64,000 nt of DNA from a bacterium (GTDB lineage Bacteria; Patescibacteriota; Patescibacteriia; UBA9570). Location of the stretch: the NCBI GenBank assembly GCA_030698395.1, contig JAUYKW010000026.1:12797-76796 (forward strand). Reading direction: 5' to 3'. Below, in pieces: positions 49,435-59,535 of this stretch. Made by a program: the position numbers and the translations under genes. The notes beneath the pieces are model-generated. The model made no database searches. It saw only the letters and a program-made list of their open reading frames with translations, and was not told the origin of the DNA. The number at the start of each line of letters is the position of its first letter. Position 1 is the first letter of the stretch.

Positions 49435-49746
49435 TCATGCTCAGCTATGGTAGCTCTCCTCCTCCAGAGGGCTAGGCTCCAAGCCATCCGGGGAAGAGTG
49501 TTCGCTGATTCTGCACCGTGCAGGAACATCGACGCTCTCCCCGGATCCTACCCCCCCTGTATATGTAAACCAACTAAATTGCATATAGAGGAAAGAAAAT
49601 AACCCAACAATCGGGTTATTTTTTATTACTAAAAAACATTATTATCAGGTCTCAAATGATTGACAATTACCCTATTTTACATTACGGTTATGGGGCTTTT
49701 CAGTTTGTAAACATCCCATTTCGGGACAATAGAGAGGACCAAATAG

Positions 49747-50166
49747 ATGACTGACCAGTACCTGTCGTGGGCGAGAAATGCTTTGCGGAGCACAGATGAG
49801 AACCTGCGTATCGCATCTACCGTGCCGAACCTGAACACGAACTTTGTCAGACGACTCCTCGTGAGTCGTAACCAGATCAACGTCTTCCTGACCGGTCCGC
49901 TCACGCAGCCGGGACTGGTGACGTTCGACCTGCACATCACCTGCCAGGAAGAACTGGCTGATCTGGTCGCCAAGTTGCTGCACATCTTCGAAGACATCGG
50001 CCACGAGGACATGCTCGAGGCGCAGTATGTGAGCGGCCTGCTCACTTCGGCCGTCGGGCAGACCACAGTCGCTTCAGCACTCTTGCAGAAGGCTCTGCGA
50101 GACGGCGAGGAGATCAAGAAGGTCGAGTCCATCGAAGGACCGTCGATCTGGTCCGCTGGTTGCTGA
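49747..50166 (+). CDS. high-GC hypothetical protein, member C (more distant)
   Basis: Same strand, size and composition as A and B, with weak TDENLRIA similarity. A GC hairpin plus T-run follows at about 50283-50305. Confidence 0.4.
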   Translation: MTDQYLSWARNALRSTDENLRIASTVPNLNTNFVRRLLVSRNQINVFLTGPLTQPGLVTFDLHITCQEELADLVAKLLHIFEDIGHEDMLEAQYVSGLLTSAVGQTTVASALLQKALRDGEEIKKVESIEGPSIWSAGC

Positions 50167-50337
50167 AAAGCGCCACCCGCGGAGGACGGGAATCCAGGGT
50201 GGAACGACTGCAACAAGCATCGTTCTCCCTGGCCCCACCCACACTTGAAATAATTCCTCTTTTTATCTATAATATATTAACAGCGCGCCACTTGGGCGCT
50301 TTTAATTTCATAATTATTCACTTAATTAAAAGTACAT

Positions 50338-51363
50338 ATGATGACTGTAGAACAAATATATAAACTAGGTATAGAATTAGGTATAGAATCAGATCCAAGA
50401 GGAAAAGCATTCGTAAAAAAACAGCTCAAACGAACTCAACTTGAATATGATGAAATGCCAAAAAAGAATAAACAATACTTCGATAAAGAGTATTTGACAA
50501 ATCCTTATTCAGATAGTCGCATTCTCTATACTCCATCGCTAGATCATGAAGTTAAAAAAATATTTGCCGGTATTGATTGTGATGCACCAGAGCTAATGGT
50601 AGCAAATCAACTAGGAGATATTGATTTGGTGCTTTCTCATCATCCAGAAGGTACTGCTCTAGCAGACCTACATACAGTGATGGACCTGCAGGTTGAAATG
50701 CTTGAAAGAGCTGGAGTGCCAATTCATATTGCAGAAAGCTTAATGGACGCAAGAAGTGCAGAGGTAGGCCGAGGAATTCATCCACTCAACGATCAAAAAT
50801 CTGTAGATATAGCCAGAGTACTGAATATACCTTTTATGTGTACACACACCATCACCGACAATATGGTAACAATGTTCTTTGAAGACTTAATAGAAAAAAA
50901 CCGCAAAAAAATTGATACCATTGGCGATATTATGGATATTCTAATGGAAATCCCCGAATATCAAGTAGCTACTCGTCTTAAATCAGGACCAGCGATTTTT
51001 ATTGGTAGCCGTAAACGCCGAACTGGTAGAATTGCCATCACCGAAATGACTGGCGGAACTAATGGTGCTAAAGAAATGTTTGAACAATTATCTCGAGCAG
51101 GAGTTGGCACTGTTATCGGAATGCACATGCGAGAAGACTATAAAACAGAAGCGCAAAAACACCATATTAATGTTATTGTAGCTGGCCACATGTCTTCTGA
51201 TTCACTTGGCATGAATCTATTTTTAGATGAACTTGAAAAGAAAGGTATAGAAATTGTACCAATTGGTGGTCTAATTCGTGCAAAACGTTTTAAAGAAAAA
51301 AAAGCAAGCAAGAAAATTAAACCTAAGAAAAAAAGTACTACAGCAAAAAAGAAAAAGAAATAA
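50338..51363 (+). CDS. Nif3-like (DUF34, dinuclear metal centre) protein with Lys-rich C-tail
   Basis: IDLVLSHHPEG and VIVAGHMSSD resemble conserved His clusters of the NIF3 family. Confidence 0.5.
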   Translation: MMTVEQIYKLGIELGIESDPRGKAFVKKQLKRTQLEYDEMPKKNKQYFDKEYLTNPYSDSRILYTPSLDHEVKKIFAGIDCDAPELMVANQLGDIDLVLSHHPEGTALADLHTVMDLQVEMLERAGVPIHIAESLMDARSAEVGRGIHPLNDQKSVDIARVLNIPFMCTHTITDNMVTMFFEDLIEKNRKKIDTIGDIMDILMEIPEYQVATRLKSGPAIFIGSRKRRTGRIAITEMTGGTNGAKEMFEQLSRAGVGTVIGMHMREDYKTEAQKHHINVIVAGHMSSDSLGMNLFLDELEKKGIEIVPIGGLIRAKRFKEKKASKKIKPKKKSTTAKKKKK

Positions 51364-51366
51364 GCC

Positions 51367-52395
51367 ATGGAAGACGCTGACCGTATTATAGCTCCAGCTC
51401 AACAATCTGATGAATCTTCATTAGAGAATACTTTGCGTCCAACAACGCTGGATGAATATATTGGTCAGCAAGCTGTAAAAGATAACCTTAAAATTTTTCT
51501 AACAGCCGCCCAACAAAGAAAAGAATCCATCGAACATGTTCTACTTCATGGTGGACCAGGCTTAGGAAAAACAACTTTGGCTCATATTATTGCCAAAGAA
51601 ATGAATGTGAACATTAGAGTAACTAGTGGACCAGCCATTGAACGAGCAGGTGACCTCGCAGCAATATTAACTAATCTTGGTGAAGGAGATATCTTATTCA
51701 TTGACGAAATTCATCGCTTACAAAAAACTATCGAAGAAGTGTTATATCCAGCTATGGAAGATTATTCTTTAGATATGATCATTGGTAAAGGACCAAGTGC
51801 TCGCACCTTACGCTTAGATCTACCACGCTTCACTGTAATAGGAGCAACTACTCGCATGAGCTTACTATCATCCCCACTCCGTGATCGTTTTGGAGTGCAT
51901 CACAAATTACAATTTTATGTACTTGAAGAAATGATGCAAATAGTAAGTCGTTCTGCTAAAATCCTCAATGTACAAGCAACAGATGATTCACTAGAAACCA
52001 TCGCCAAAAGATCTCGTAGTACACCTAGAATAGCTAACCGTCTATTAAAAAGGGTTCGTGATTATGCACAAGTTAAGAGTTCTGATGATGTTATTAGTCC
52101 AGAAATCGCTCAGCAGGCACTCGATATGATGAGTATAGATGAATCAGGACTTGATCAAGTAGACAGATTAATTCTTACGTCTATCATCGAAACATTTAAA
52201 GGTGGTCCCGTAGGTGGTTCAACCTTGGCAGCAACCATTGGAGAGGATATTGATACCTTAGAAACTGTTTATGAGCCTTTTTTAATGCAACAAGGCTTAC
52301 TTGCCAGAACCCCCCGCGGTCGAGTTACCACGGAAAAAGCATATCAACATCTTGGTTTCACCGCTCCAGAAGATTTGCAGTCTAGACTGCTCTAA
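51367..52395 (+). CDS. ruvB: Holliday junction branch-migration helicase RuvB
   Basis: [18 protein letters not shown] Walker A and RuvB sensor motifs. Confidence 0.95.
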   Translation: MEDADRIIAPAQQSDESSLENTLRPTTLDEYIGQQAVKDNLKIFLTAAQQRKESIEHVLLHGGPGLGKTTLAHIIAKEMNVNIRVTSGPAIERAGDLAAILTNLGEGDILFIDEIHRLQKTIEEVLYPAMEDYSLDMIIGKGPSARTLRLDLPRFTVIGATTRMSLLSSPLRDRFGVHHKLQFYVLEEMMQIVSRSAKILNVQATDDSLETIAKRSRSTPRIANRLLKRVRDYAQVKSSDDVISPEIAQQALDMMSIDESGLDQVDRLILTSIIETFKGGPVGGSTLAATIGEDIDTLETVYEPFLMQQGLLARTPRGRVTTEKAYQHLGFTAPEDLQSRLL

Positions 52396-52410
52396 AGCTA
52401 TACTAAACTT

Positions 52411-52674
52411 ATGGATATTCCTTACTACATATTCGGAATCATTTACTTAATCGCCCTATTAATATTCTTTGCTTTTGCTTTTACCAATATTTACCACATG
52501 GTCCGATTTGGATTTTTTGATTTTGTTGGCCGACTACATACATTACTCTTAACTGCCGTGATAGCAGTAGTACTATTTTTTACAATTCTGCTCCTGAAAG
52601 ATATAGATTGGCTAGGAAGTTTTACCATTTTTGAAGATACCCTAAATAGTTTAGGAGGTAATTTTGAATTATGA
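52411..52674 (+). CDS. small 2-TM membrane protein
   Basis: Hydrophobic profile. Translationally coupled to the next gene. Confidence 0.4.
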   Translation: MDIPYYIFGIIYLIALLIFFAFAFTNIYHMVRFGFFDFVGRLHTLLLTAVIAVVLFFTILLLKDIDWLGSFTIFEDTLNSLGGNFEL

Positions 52675-53306
52675 GTAATAATCCCACAAAACCTAAAGAT
52701 AGGATAAAATTTTTTCCAACCCAAAGAGTTGATGAGCATATTGTTGTCATGCTCCGACGTCACTGGATTATCTGGTCTAAATACGTTATGCAACTAATAC
52801 TCTTTAACATCATACCTGCTGGAATATTTGCTTTTTTATATTATTTACTTGATTGGACTATTCCAAATGAAGGGCCAATATTTGTCGGACTTGTTTTATT
52901 ATTGTCTTTCTATTATCTAAGTATTTGGCTCGTTTATTTTCATCAATTTGTTGATTATCGCCTTGATGTCTGGATACTAACCGATCAAAGAATTATTAAC
53001 ATTGAACAACAGGGATTATTCGATCGAGTTATCTCTGAACTAAACATCCAAAAAGTTCAGGATGTCACATCTGAAATTCGTGGACAAGCTCAAACTTTCC
53101 TTGATTACGGCGATGTTTTTGTACAAACAGCTGGTGAGCAACAACGCTTTGTATTCCAAAATGTACCACATCCAGAAGAAGTTGCCCGCTTAGTAATAAA
53201 AACTAACGATGCGTCAACTCAAATAAATAATGTAAATATAAATCATCAACAGTCACCTCAAATTCAACATGAACCCAGCAGTAAATCAGACACTGAGATT
53301 AAGTGA
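52671..53306 (+). CDS. bacterial PH-domain (bPH_2, YdbS/YdbT-like) membrane protein
   Basis: Two TM helices followed by a LTDQRIINIEQQGLFDRVISELNIQKVQDV PH-like domain. Confidence 0.55.
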   Translation: MSNNPTKPKDRIKFFPTQRVDEHIVVMLRRHWIIWSKYVMQLILFNIIPAGIFAFLYYLLDWTIPNEGPIFVGLVLLLSFYYLSIWLVYFHQFVDYRLDVWILTDQRIINIEQQGLFDRVISELNIQKVQDVTSEIRGQAQTFLDYGDVFVQTAGEQQRFVFQNVPHPEEVARLVIKTNDASTQINNVNINHQQSPQIQHEPSSKSDTEIK

Positions 53307-54276
53307 TTTCGATTACACTCTTCCAAAAAAATTAATCGCCCAGCATCCAGTTAAGCCTCGTGACCACTCTAGATTAATGATTTTAGATCGCGTAAAAAAA
53401 GATTTTGTTCATCAAAAGTTTTTTAATTGCCTAGATTATTTTAATCCGGGAGATATTTTAGTTGTAAACAACTCCAAAGTAATTCCCGCTCGTTTAATCG
53501 GACATAAATTAACTGGCGGAAAAATTGAAATTTTCTTACTTCAAAATATTAAGGATAATTTATGGGAATGCTTAGTTGGCGGAAAAAAAATGAAGCCAAC
53601 CACAATCATAGAATTTGATAATGATTTTAAAGGAAAATTAATCAAAAAAATATCAGACCAAACTTGGGAAATCGAGTTCAATAAACCTAACATCACATCA
53701 ATTGGTGACACTCCACTTCCTCCATATATCACAGAATCTAGTTCTCCCGAAGATTATCAAACAGTTTATGCCAAAACTGACGGTTCAGTTGCCGCACCCA
53801 CTGCTGGTTTACACTTCACTCCTGAATTAATGAAAAAAATTAAAGCCAAAGGAATTGAAATTTTCGATGTCACTCTGCATGTTGGTTTAGGAACGTTTGC
53901 CCCTGTAAAAACAGAAAAAATCAGCGAACACAAAATCCACAAAGAATATGGAGAACTATCAAGAGAAACAGCTGTAGCAATAAAAGAAGCTAAAGCAAAA
54001 AATAAACGAGTAATTGCCGTAGGTACAACATCCGTTCGTACTTTAGAAGCATTCGCAGGAAAAGAAAAAAAAGATTGGATTGATTTATTTATTACACCTG
54101 GCTATAAATTTCAAATAGTTGATGCCATGCTAACAAATTTTCATCTACCAAAATCAACACTCCTAATGTTGGTAGGAGCGTTTGCTGAAAAAAAATATAT
54201 GGAAGAAGCTTACCAAGAAGCAATTAAAAAAGAATATCGCTTTTACAGTTTCGGTGATGCTATGCTAATTCTTTAA
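53269..54276 (+). CDS. queA: S-adenosylmethionine:tRNA ribosyltransferase-isomerase
   Basis: DFDYTLPKKLIAQHPVKPRDHSRLMIL N-terminus. Confidence 0.9.
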   Translation: MNPAVNQTLRLSDFDYTLPKKLIAQHPVKPRDHSRLMILDRVKKDFVHQKFFNCLDYFNPGDILVVNNSKVIPARLIGHKLTGGKIEIFLLQNIKDNLWECLVGGKKMKPTTIIEFDNDFKGKLIKKISDQTWEIEFNKPNITSIGDTPLPPYITESSSPEDYQTVYAKTDGSVAAPTAGLHFTPELMKKIKAKGIEIFDVTLHVGLGTFAPVKTEKISEHKIHKEYGELSRETAVAIKEAKAKNKRVIAVGTTSVRTLEAFAGKEKKDWIDLFITPGYKFQIVDAMLTNFHLPKSTLLMLVGAFAEKKYMEEAYQEAIKKEYRFYSFGDAMLIL

Positions 54277-55448
54277 TTCCAAAGTTTATTTAAAGTAATA
54301 CCTTGATAATAATATTTCAGAATTTTTTTCCAACCCCAATCTTTTTCTTCAGCAAAGTATCGGGCACCCTTAGCACTTAAACCTACACCGTGTCCTAACA
54401 ATTCTTCATCAGTGCAACAAGGATCATTAACTGAATTCAAATACGGATAATCTCCAGACCATACTTCAGACCATGCTCTCGTACGTCCATCTGTTTGCGA
54501 AAAATATGGTGTAACAACTGGAACACCATTGTAATGTATAATTTTTCCCCGCGTTGCATCAACTGCAGCTGCAATATTGGGTGCTCTTTGAGTAAAACCA
54601 TATCCCCTATAAACTTGGTCATTAGCAGTAGTATCTACTAAATATGGTTCATCCGCATGTTTAGTAGGATGTAAATAATGATAATTCACATAGCTACGAG
54701 CTGCCGTATATAAAGTTTTTAAATAAGCTATATCATTAATATCACCTGCCTCAGAAACGCCTTTAACATAATTTTCAATTCCTAACTCATTGATCATCCA
54801 TACTTTATCAGTACTGCTAGCATACTGCATCTCCAACATTCCTAAGAATTGATTATCATTATAATCTGTATTCCAAGTTGGCCGATTCTCATAACTATGA
54901 ATAGTTATAACTTTGTTGCTATACTCGGGCACTATCCTTACAAACTGATCAACCGACTTTCTCCATAAACCTCGTTTAATAATATATTTACCTGAAAATC
55001 GATTATATCTAATAGATATTTTTTTATCTTTTGCTACTTTTTTTATTTCTGATCCGTCGGCTAATACAATCTTCGAACTACTATTAACAGAAGCTACCAC
55101 TTTTTCTTCTCCAGCATCATACAAGCCAACTCTTATCCATGGCCTATTATTTGCTTTTTGAGGGGCCTTCGTTCTAGCTGGCGCACTAACTGCAGGAATT
55201 TTCTGATTTATTTCCGGTAAATGGGAAATCTGTATACTATCTCCTTGAGGCAATGGTGCTATGTAGCCAAATTCTCCAATATGTCCTGCTCTTAAATCAA
55301 TATCACCAGATTGTTGAGTGGCCGCCGTTACCAACTGTATTTGTAATAGATTTTTTCCAACTAAACTAAAAACACCAGCCGCCGTAATTACTATTACGAA
55401 TGCTAGTGCGAATGTAAAAAAATTGTTCAAAGCTACACTAAGTTTCAT
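54273..55448 (-). CDS. SpoIID/LytB-domain secreted protein
   Basis: TTANDQVYRGYG ... HYNGVPVVTPYFSQTDGRTRAW signature. Confidence 0.7.
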   Translation of the reverse strand: MKLSVALNNFFTFALAFVIVITAAGVFSLVGKNLLQIQLVTAATQQSGDIDLRAGHIGEFGYIAPLPQGDSIQISHLPEINQKIPAVSAPARTKAPQKANNRPWIRVGLYDAGEEKVVASVNSSSKIVLADGSEIKKVAKDKKISIRYNRFSGKYIIKRGLWRKSVDQFVRIVPEYSNKVITIHSYENRPTWNTDYNDNQFLGMLEMQYASSTDKVWMINELGIENYVKGVSEAGDINDIAYLKTLYTAARSYVNYHYLHPTKHADEPYLVDTTANDQVYRGYGFTQRAPNIAAAVDATRGKIIHYNGVPVVTPYFSQTDGRTRAWSEVWSGDYPYLNSVNDPCCTDEELLGHGVGLSAKGARYFAEEKDWGWKKILKYYYQGITLNKLWN

Positions 55449-55573
55449 CTCCTTATTTTATTTTTATTTTCTGTGATAATTTTAGCATAAAAATAGGCTT
55501 TTGTAAAGGTCATCAACTTCAGCGAAAACATTGACCAGACGCTCTTTCTAGGCTATAGTGAGAGCTGATTTTT

Positions 55574-57019
55574 ATGTCAATTATGCAAAAAGTAGCGCAA
55601 AATACTGCGCTACAATTTATTGGAAAAATATTAGGAACAGTACTAGGTTTTAGTGCTACGCTTTTTTTATTGAGGTATTTAGGAGATGAAAAATACGGCA
55701 ACTATACCACCGCCTTAGCATATCTTCAGTTATTTGGAATAGTAATGGATCTTGGTCTATACATTGTACTCCTCAAACATATTTCAAGTGATGAAAATAA
55801 AAATGGTAAATTACAAAATAATATTTTCTCGGCTCGGTTAGTAACAGCCATTTTCTTTCTTGTGACTTCCTGTATTCTAGTTTGGTTTATTCCTACATAT
55901 CCAACCATTGTTAAGTGGTGCGTCATAGTAGTAGCAGCAAATTTTTTCTTTATCACCATGAATCAACTACTCATGGGTATATACCAAAAGAATTTTGCTA
56001 TGGGTAAAGTGGCGATTGCTGAAGTTGTTGGCAAAACATTTTTATTTATAAGCACCTTACTAGTTGTGTTTGTATTTAAAGCTGGCTTATTAGCAGTAAT
56101 GCTAACAGTTGTGCTAGCTGGTGGCATAAACTTCCTTATACTATGGATAGGTGTTAGAAAATATACTCGCATCAATTTCGCTTTTGATCTATCCGTATGG
56201 AAACGCATTTTTAAAGAGAGTTGGCCCGTTGCTTTATCTATAGCACTTAATCTTATTTACTTTAAAGCAGATACAATTATTCTTGGTTTTTTTCAATCCC
56301 AAGCCGAAGTTGGCATATACGGTGCGCCTTACAAAATATTAGAAGTCATTATCACTCTACCCGCAATGATCGTTGGTTTAGTCATGCCTGTTCTGGGTAA
56401 AGCCTTTGCTAGTAAAGACATGGGACAATTTAAAAAAATATATCAACAATCCTTCAATGCTGTGATCATGATAGCCGCTCCATTAGTAGCTGGAACTTTA
56501 GTAGTAGCACATCCATTCATGCAATTAGTAGCTGGTAATGATTTCACTGATAAACAAAATGATCTAGGTTCAATTTTACAAATTCTAATTCTAGCAGTTG
56601 GAGCCATTTTTATCGGCACACTTACTGGTTATCTAATTGTCGTTATTAATAAACAAAAAAGTATGTTATGGGGCTACGGTTTTATTGCAATTACTGCATT
56701 TATAGGGTACCTATATTTTATTCCTAAGTATTCTTACTTTGGCGCTGCTTGGGTAACAGTCTATTCCGAGATAGCCATTATGTTAATTGCATTCATTATT
56801 ATCTGGAGGAGCACCGGGGTTGTACCATCATTCAATATTCCTCTCAGAATTATCTTGGCCAGCATTGTGATGGGAGTCATTCTTCTTTTACTTGGCAGCA
56901 TTAATGTAGTAATCGTTATTCTGGTTGGATTAATTGTTTATCCAGCAGCACTACTTGTACTGAAAGCAATATCAAAACAAGAAATAATGTCTATATTGAA
57001 ACTTCGTACCAATGAATAA
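55574..57019 (+). CDS. oligosaccharide flippase (MOP/Wzx-like) family membrane protein
   Basis: 14-TM polysaccharide biosynthesis protein profile. Confidence 0.7.
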   Translation: MSIMQKVAQNTALQFIGKILGTVLGFSATLFLLRYLGDEKYGNYTTALAYLQLFGIVMDLGLYIVLLKHISSDENKNGKLQNNIFSARLVTAIFFLVTSCILVWFIPTYPTIVKWCVIVVAANFFFITMNQLLMGIYQKNFAMGKVAIAEVVGKTFLFISTLLVVFVFKAGLLAVMLTVVLAGGINFLILWIGVRKYTRINFAFDLSVWKRIFKESWPVALSIALNLIYFKADTIILGFFQSQAEVGIYGAPYKILEVIITLPAMIVGLVMPVLGKAFASKDMGQFKKIYQQSFNAVIMIAAPLVAGTLVVAHPFMQLVAGNDFTDKQNDLGSILQILILAVGAIFIGTLTGYLIVVINKQKSMLWGYGFIAITAFIGYLYFIPKYSYFGAAWVTVYSEIAIMLIAFIIIWRSTGVVPSFNIPLRIILASIVMGVILLLLGSINVVIVILVGLIVYPAALLVLKAISKQEIMSILKLRTNE

Positions 57020-58136
57020 CTCTAAACGACATAATATATTAATTCTGAAATTCCCCTACTCCTCTACTTATGGTGGTGGTGAAAAACACACCATTCGCTT
57101 AGTAGAAAAGCTAGATAATTATAATTTCTATTTATTATCAACCTGTTCAGTGCTAATTTCGGAATTCAAAAAACGTGATTGGAATGTAAATACTGCTTGG
57201 GCTGGCACAGAACCTGTAACTCCCACGTCTCTAGTGTTATTTTTCTTTACTGCGCCATTTGTATCACTAAATTTACTAAGGCTTTTAATTTTATATAAGC
57301 GCAAACACAATATTGATACCATATATTGTCTATCGCTTACTGAGAAAATTTTATTAACCCCATGGGCCAAACTAATGGGAATAAGAATTTTTTGGATGGA
57401 ACATCTACAGATAGAACGATGGCTTTTAAAAAGTCCCCTACGAATATTCTATGTCTTATGGTCTAAATTTGTCACAATCATTACAGTAGTGGAAGCTGTT
57501 CAGGATCAATTAACAAAGATTGGAATTGCCAAAGAAAATACACAGGTAATCTACAATTCTGTAAATATAAAACAGTTTATTCAGCATCCCTCGGAACCTG
57601 AGAAAGTAAAAAATAATTACTCAATTTTATTCGTTGGTCGCTTAGCAAGAGAAAAGGGAATAGATGATCTACTCCAAGCAATTAAAATAGTTAAATTACA
57701 AATACCTCACATCAATCTAACCATCGTGGGAAAAGGTGAACAAAAAGAACAATTAGAAAAAATAACTGAAGAATTGCAGTTATCAGATACTATAACTTTT
57801 ACCGGATTTCAAGATGATATTGTATCCTCAATGCAACAGTGTGATGCTTTAGTATTACCATCCACTCGGCGCGAAACATTTGGTATTGTAACTGCAGAAG
57901 CTCTAGCAAGTATGAAGCCAGTAATCGCCACAACAACTGGGGGATTAAGTGAAGTTGTTGGTAAACATGGTTGGTTGGTAGAACCAAGTAAACCTACACA
58001 GATAGCAGATGCATTATTAGAAATTTATCATGATTATCCAGCTGCTTTAGAAAAAACACGTCGTGGCCGTTTGCACGTATTGGAATTATTTCGAGAAGAA
58101 CGTATGTTAAAAGAATATGATAATATCTTCGCGTAA
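57012..58136 (+). CDS. GT4-family glycosyltransferase
   Basis: E..FGIVTAEALASMKPVIATTTGG EX7E-type motif. Confidence 0.85.
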   Translation: MNNSKRHNILILKFPYSSTYGGGEKHTIRLVEKLDNYNFYLLSTCSVLISEFKKRDWNVNTAWAGTEPVTPTSLVLFFFTAPFVSLNLLRLLILYKRKHNIDTIYCLSLTEKILLTPWAKLMGIRIFWMEHLQIERWLLKSPLRIFYVLWSKFVTIITVVEAVQDQLTKIGIAKENTQVIYNSVNIKQFIQHPSEPEKVKNNYSILFVGRLAREKGIDDLLQAIKIVKLQIPHINLTIVGKGEQKEQLEKITEELQLSDTITFTGFQDDIVSSMQQCDALVLPSTRRETFGIVTAEALASMKPVIATTTGGLSEVVGKHGWLVEPSKPTQIADALLEIYHDYPAALEKTRRGRLHVLELFREERMLKEYDNIFA

Positions 58137-59535
58137 AATATTATATTACATCATTAGTATTATAATACTATGCCTTGTAGCATATAGTTTAGGCTACACA
58201 GCTGCCTTTATAGATCCAAAATTAATCATTGGCGCTATCATCGGCTTAATACTGTGTGGTTTAATCTTAAAACAACCCTTAGCAGGAATTTACTTATTAA
58301 TCTTCTTTCTCCCCTTCGAACGCATTGGATCGCTAGATTTAGCCGGAGTTACAATTCGCATCAGTCATGTAATTACCATTCTAACAATAATTTCTTGGAT
58401 AGTACGCGGTTTTGTTATGGGTAAATTTAAATTTCGCCCAAATCCAGTCATCATACCAATAGCATTATTTCTATCAGTAAATATTATCAGCCTAACTAAC
58501 TCTCCAAATCTAGACAGATCAATTTTTGTATTGTTATTTACATTATTTACAATTTCAGTAGCTTTAGCAATTCCAAACTTATTACGTCACCGTTCTCAAT
58601 TACACACCGCTGTAGTCGTTTTATTAATTAGTATGACTGTTGTTAGCATATTTGGTATATATCAGTTCCTAGGCGACCTGGTGGGTCTACCAGAGACGTT
58701 AACAGGCTTACGTCCTCAATATACCAAAGATATCCTGGGATTCCCTAGAATTCAATCTACTGCGCTAGAACCTTTATATTTTGCCAACTATCTATTAATT
58801 CCACTTGGCGTAGCAATTGCTTTATTTTTAAGTAAGTACAAAAAAATAAAACCCATATTTTTATTGGGTGCAATTATTTTGGGAGGTTTAAATTTAGTGC
58901 TAACAGTATCTCGCGGAGGCTACATTGCTTTTGCTGGTACACTGGCCATTCTTGCTCTAATATATTGGAAAGAATTAATCAGACCACATAATGTTATCGC
59001 TGGATTAGTTATTGTTGCAGTTGTAAGCATGGTTGCTGTTAGAGTTTTGAACGTAGAAGAGCAACTCGAAACATTCACAACCCATGTTGGTAATCTATTT
59101 GAAGGAGCATCGTACTCTGAAAGAGTAGATACATTTGAAACAGCAAATACAATTTGGAATCAACACCCTTGGATTGGCATTGGTCCCGGAGGTTTTGGTC
59201 CCTACACTTCTTATCACCCTCTAATTGTTCCTGGCGATGGTTATAAAATTGTAAATAATGAATACATAGAATTACTAGCTGAAACCGGCATGCTAGGTTT
59301 GGCATTCTATATATTAATCATCATTACTTTAATGGTCCGATCTATCAAGGCTCTTAAAATAGGTAAAGATCCTTTTTTACGAAATCTTCTAATTGGTCTT
59401 CTAGCTGCATACACAGGAATACTCATCCAATACAATACCTTCTCTATTCTCTATATCATCCATATTTGGTTTACAATTGGTATAATAATAGCAGTCCAAA
59501 ATTTACTGCTTAGCCCCAATGAAAAAGAAAGATAG
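58117..59535 (+). CDS. O-antigen ligase/polymerase-like (Wzy_C) membrane protein
   Basis: Polytopic with a large loop. Positional context in the polysaccharide cluster. Confidence 0.55.
   Translation: MIISSRKILYYIISIIILCLVAYSLGYTAAFIDPKLIIGAIIGLILCGLILKQPLAGIYLLIFFLPFERIGSLDLAGVTIRISHVITILTIISWIVRGFVMGKFKFRPNPVIIPIALFLSVNIISLTNSPNLDRSIFVLLFTLFTISVALAIPNLLRHRSQLHTAVVVLLISMTVVSIFGIYQFLGDLVGLPETLTGLRPQYTKDILGFPRIQSTALEPLYFANYLLIPLGVAIALFLSKYKKIKPIFLLGAIILGGLNLVLTVSRGGYIAFAGTLAILALIYWKELIRPHNVIAGLVIVAVVSMVAVRVLNVEEQLETFTTHVGNLFEGASYSERVDTFETANTIWNQHPWIGIGPGGFGPYTSYHPLIVPGDGYKIVNNEYIELLAETGMLGLAFYILIIITLMVRSIKALKIGKDPFLRNLLIGLLAAYTGILIQYNTFSILYIIHIWFTIGIIIAVQNLLLSPNEKER

Noticed and set aside
48242-50216. 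Minus-strand ORFs 48242..48523, 48298..48726, 48584..48844, 48931..49362, 49672..50004 and 49677..50216 in the high-GC island
   Set aside because: Ser/Arg-rich non-protein-like translations. The plus-strand trio shows mutual paralogy. Only a GC3 test would be decisive, and it could not be run.
6800-50230. Explaining the high-GC islands purely as assembly chimeras
   Set aside because: Several islets carry properly spaced SD sequences, terminators and in-frame junction-spanning context (for example the 19417 ORF), and they recur in similar contexts, which favours real insertions. Without read data chimerism cannot be excluded, so it is kept as a caveat.
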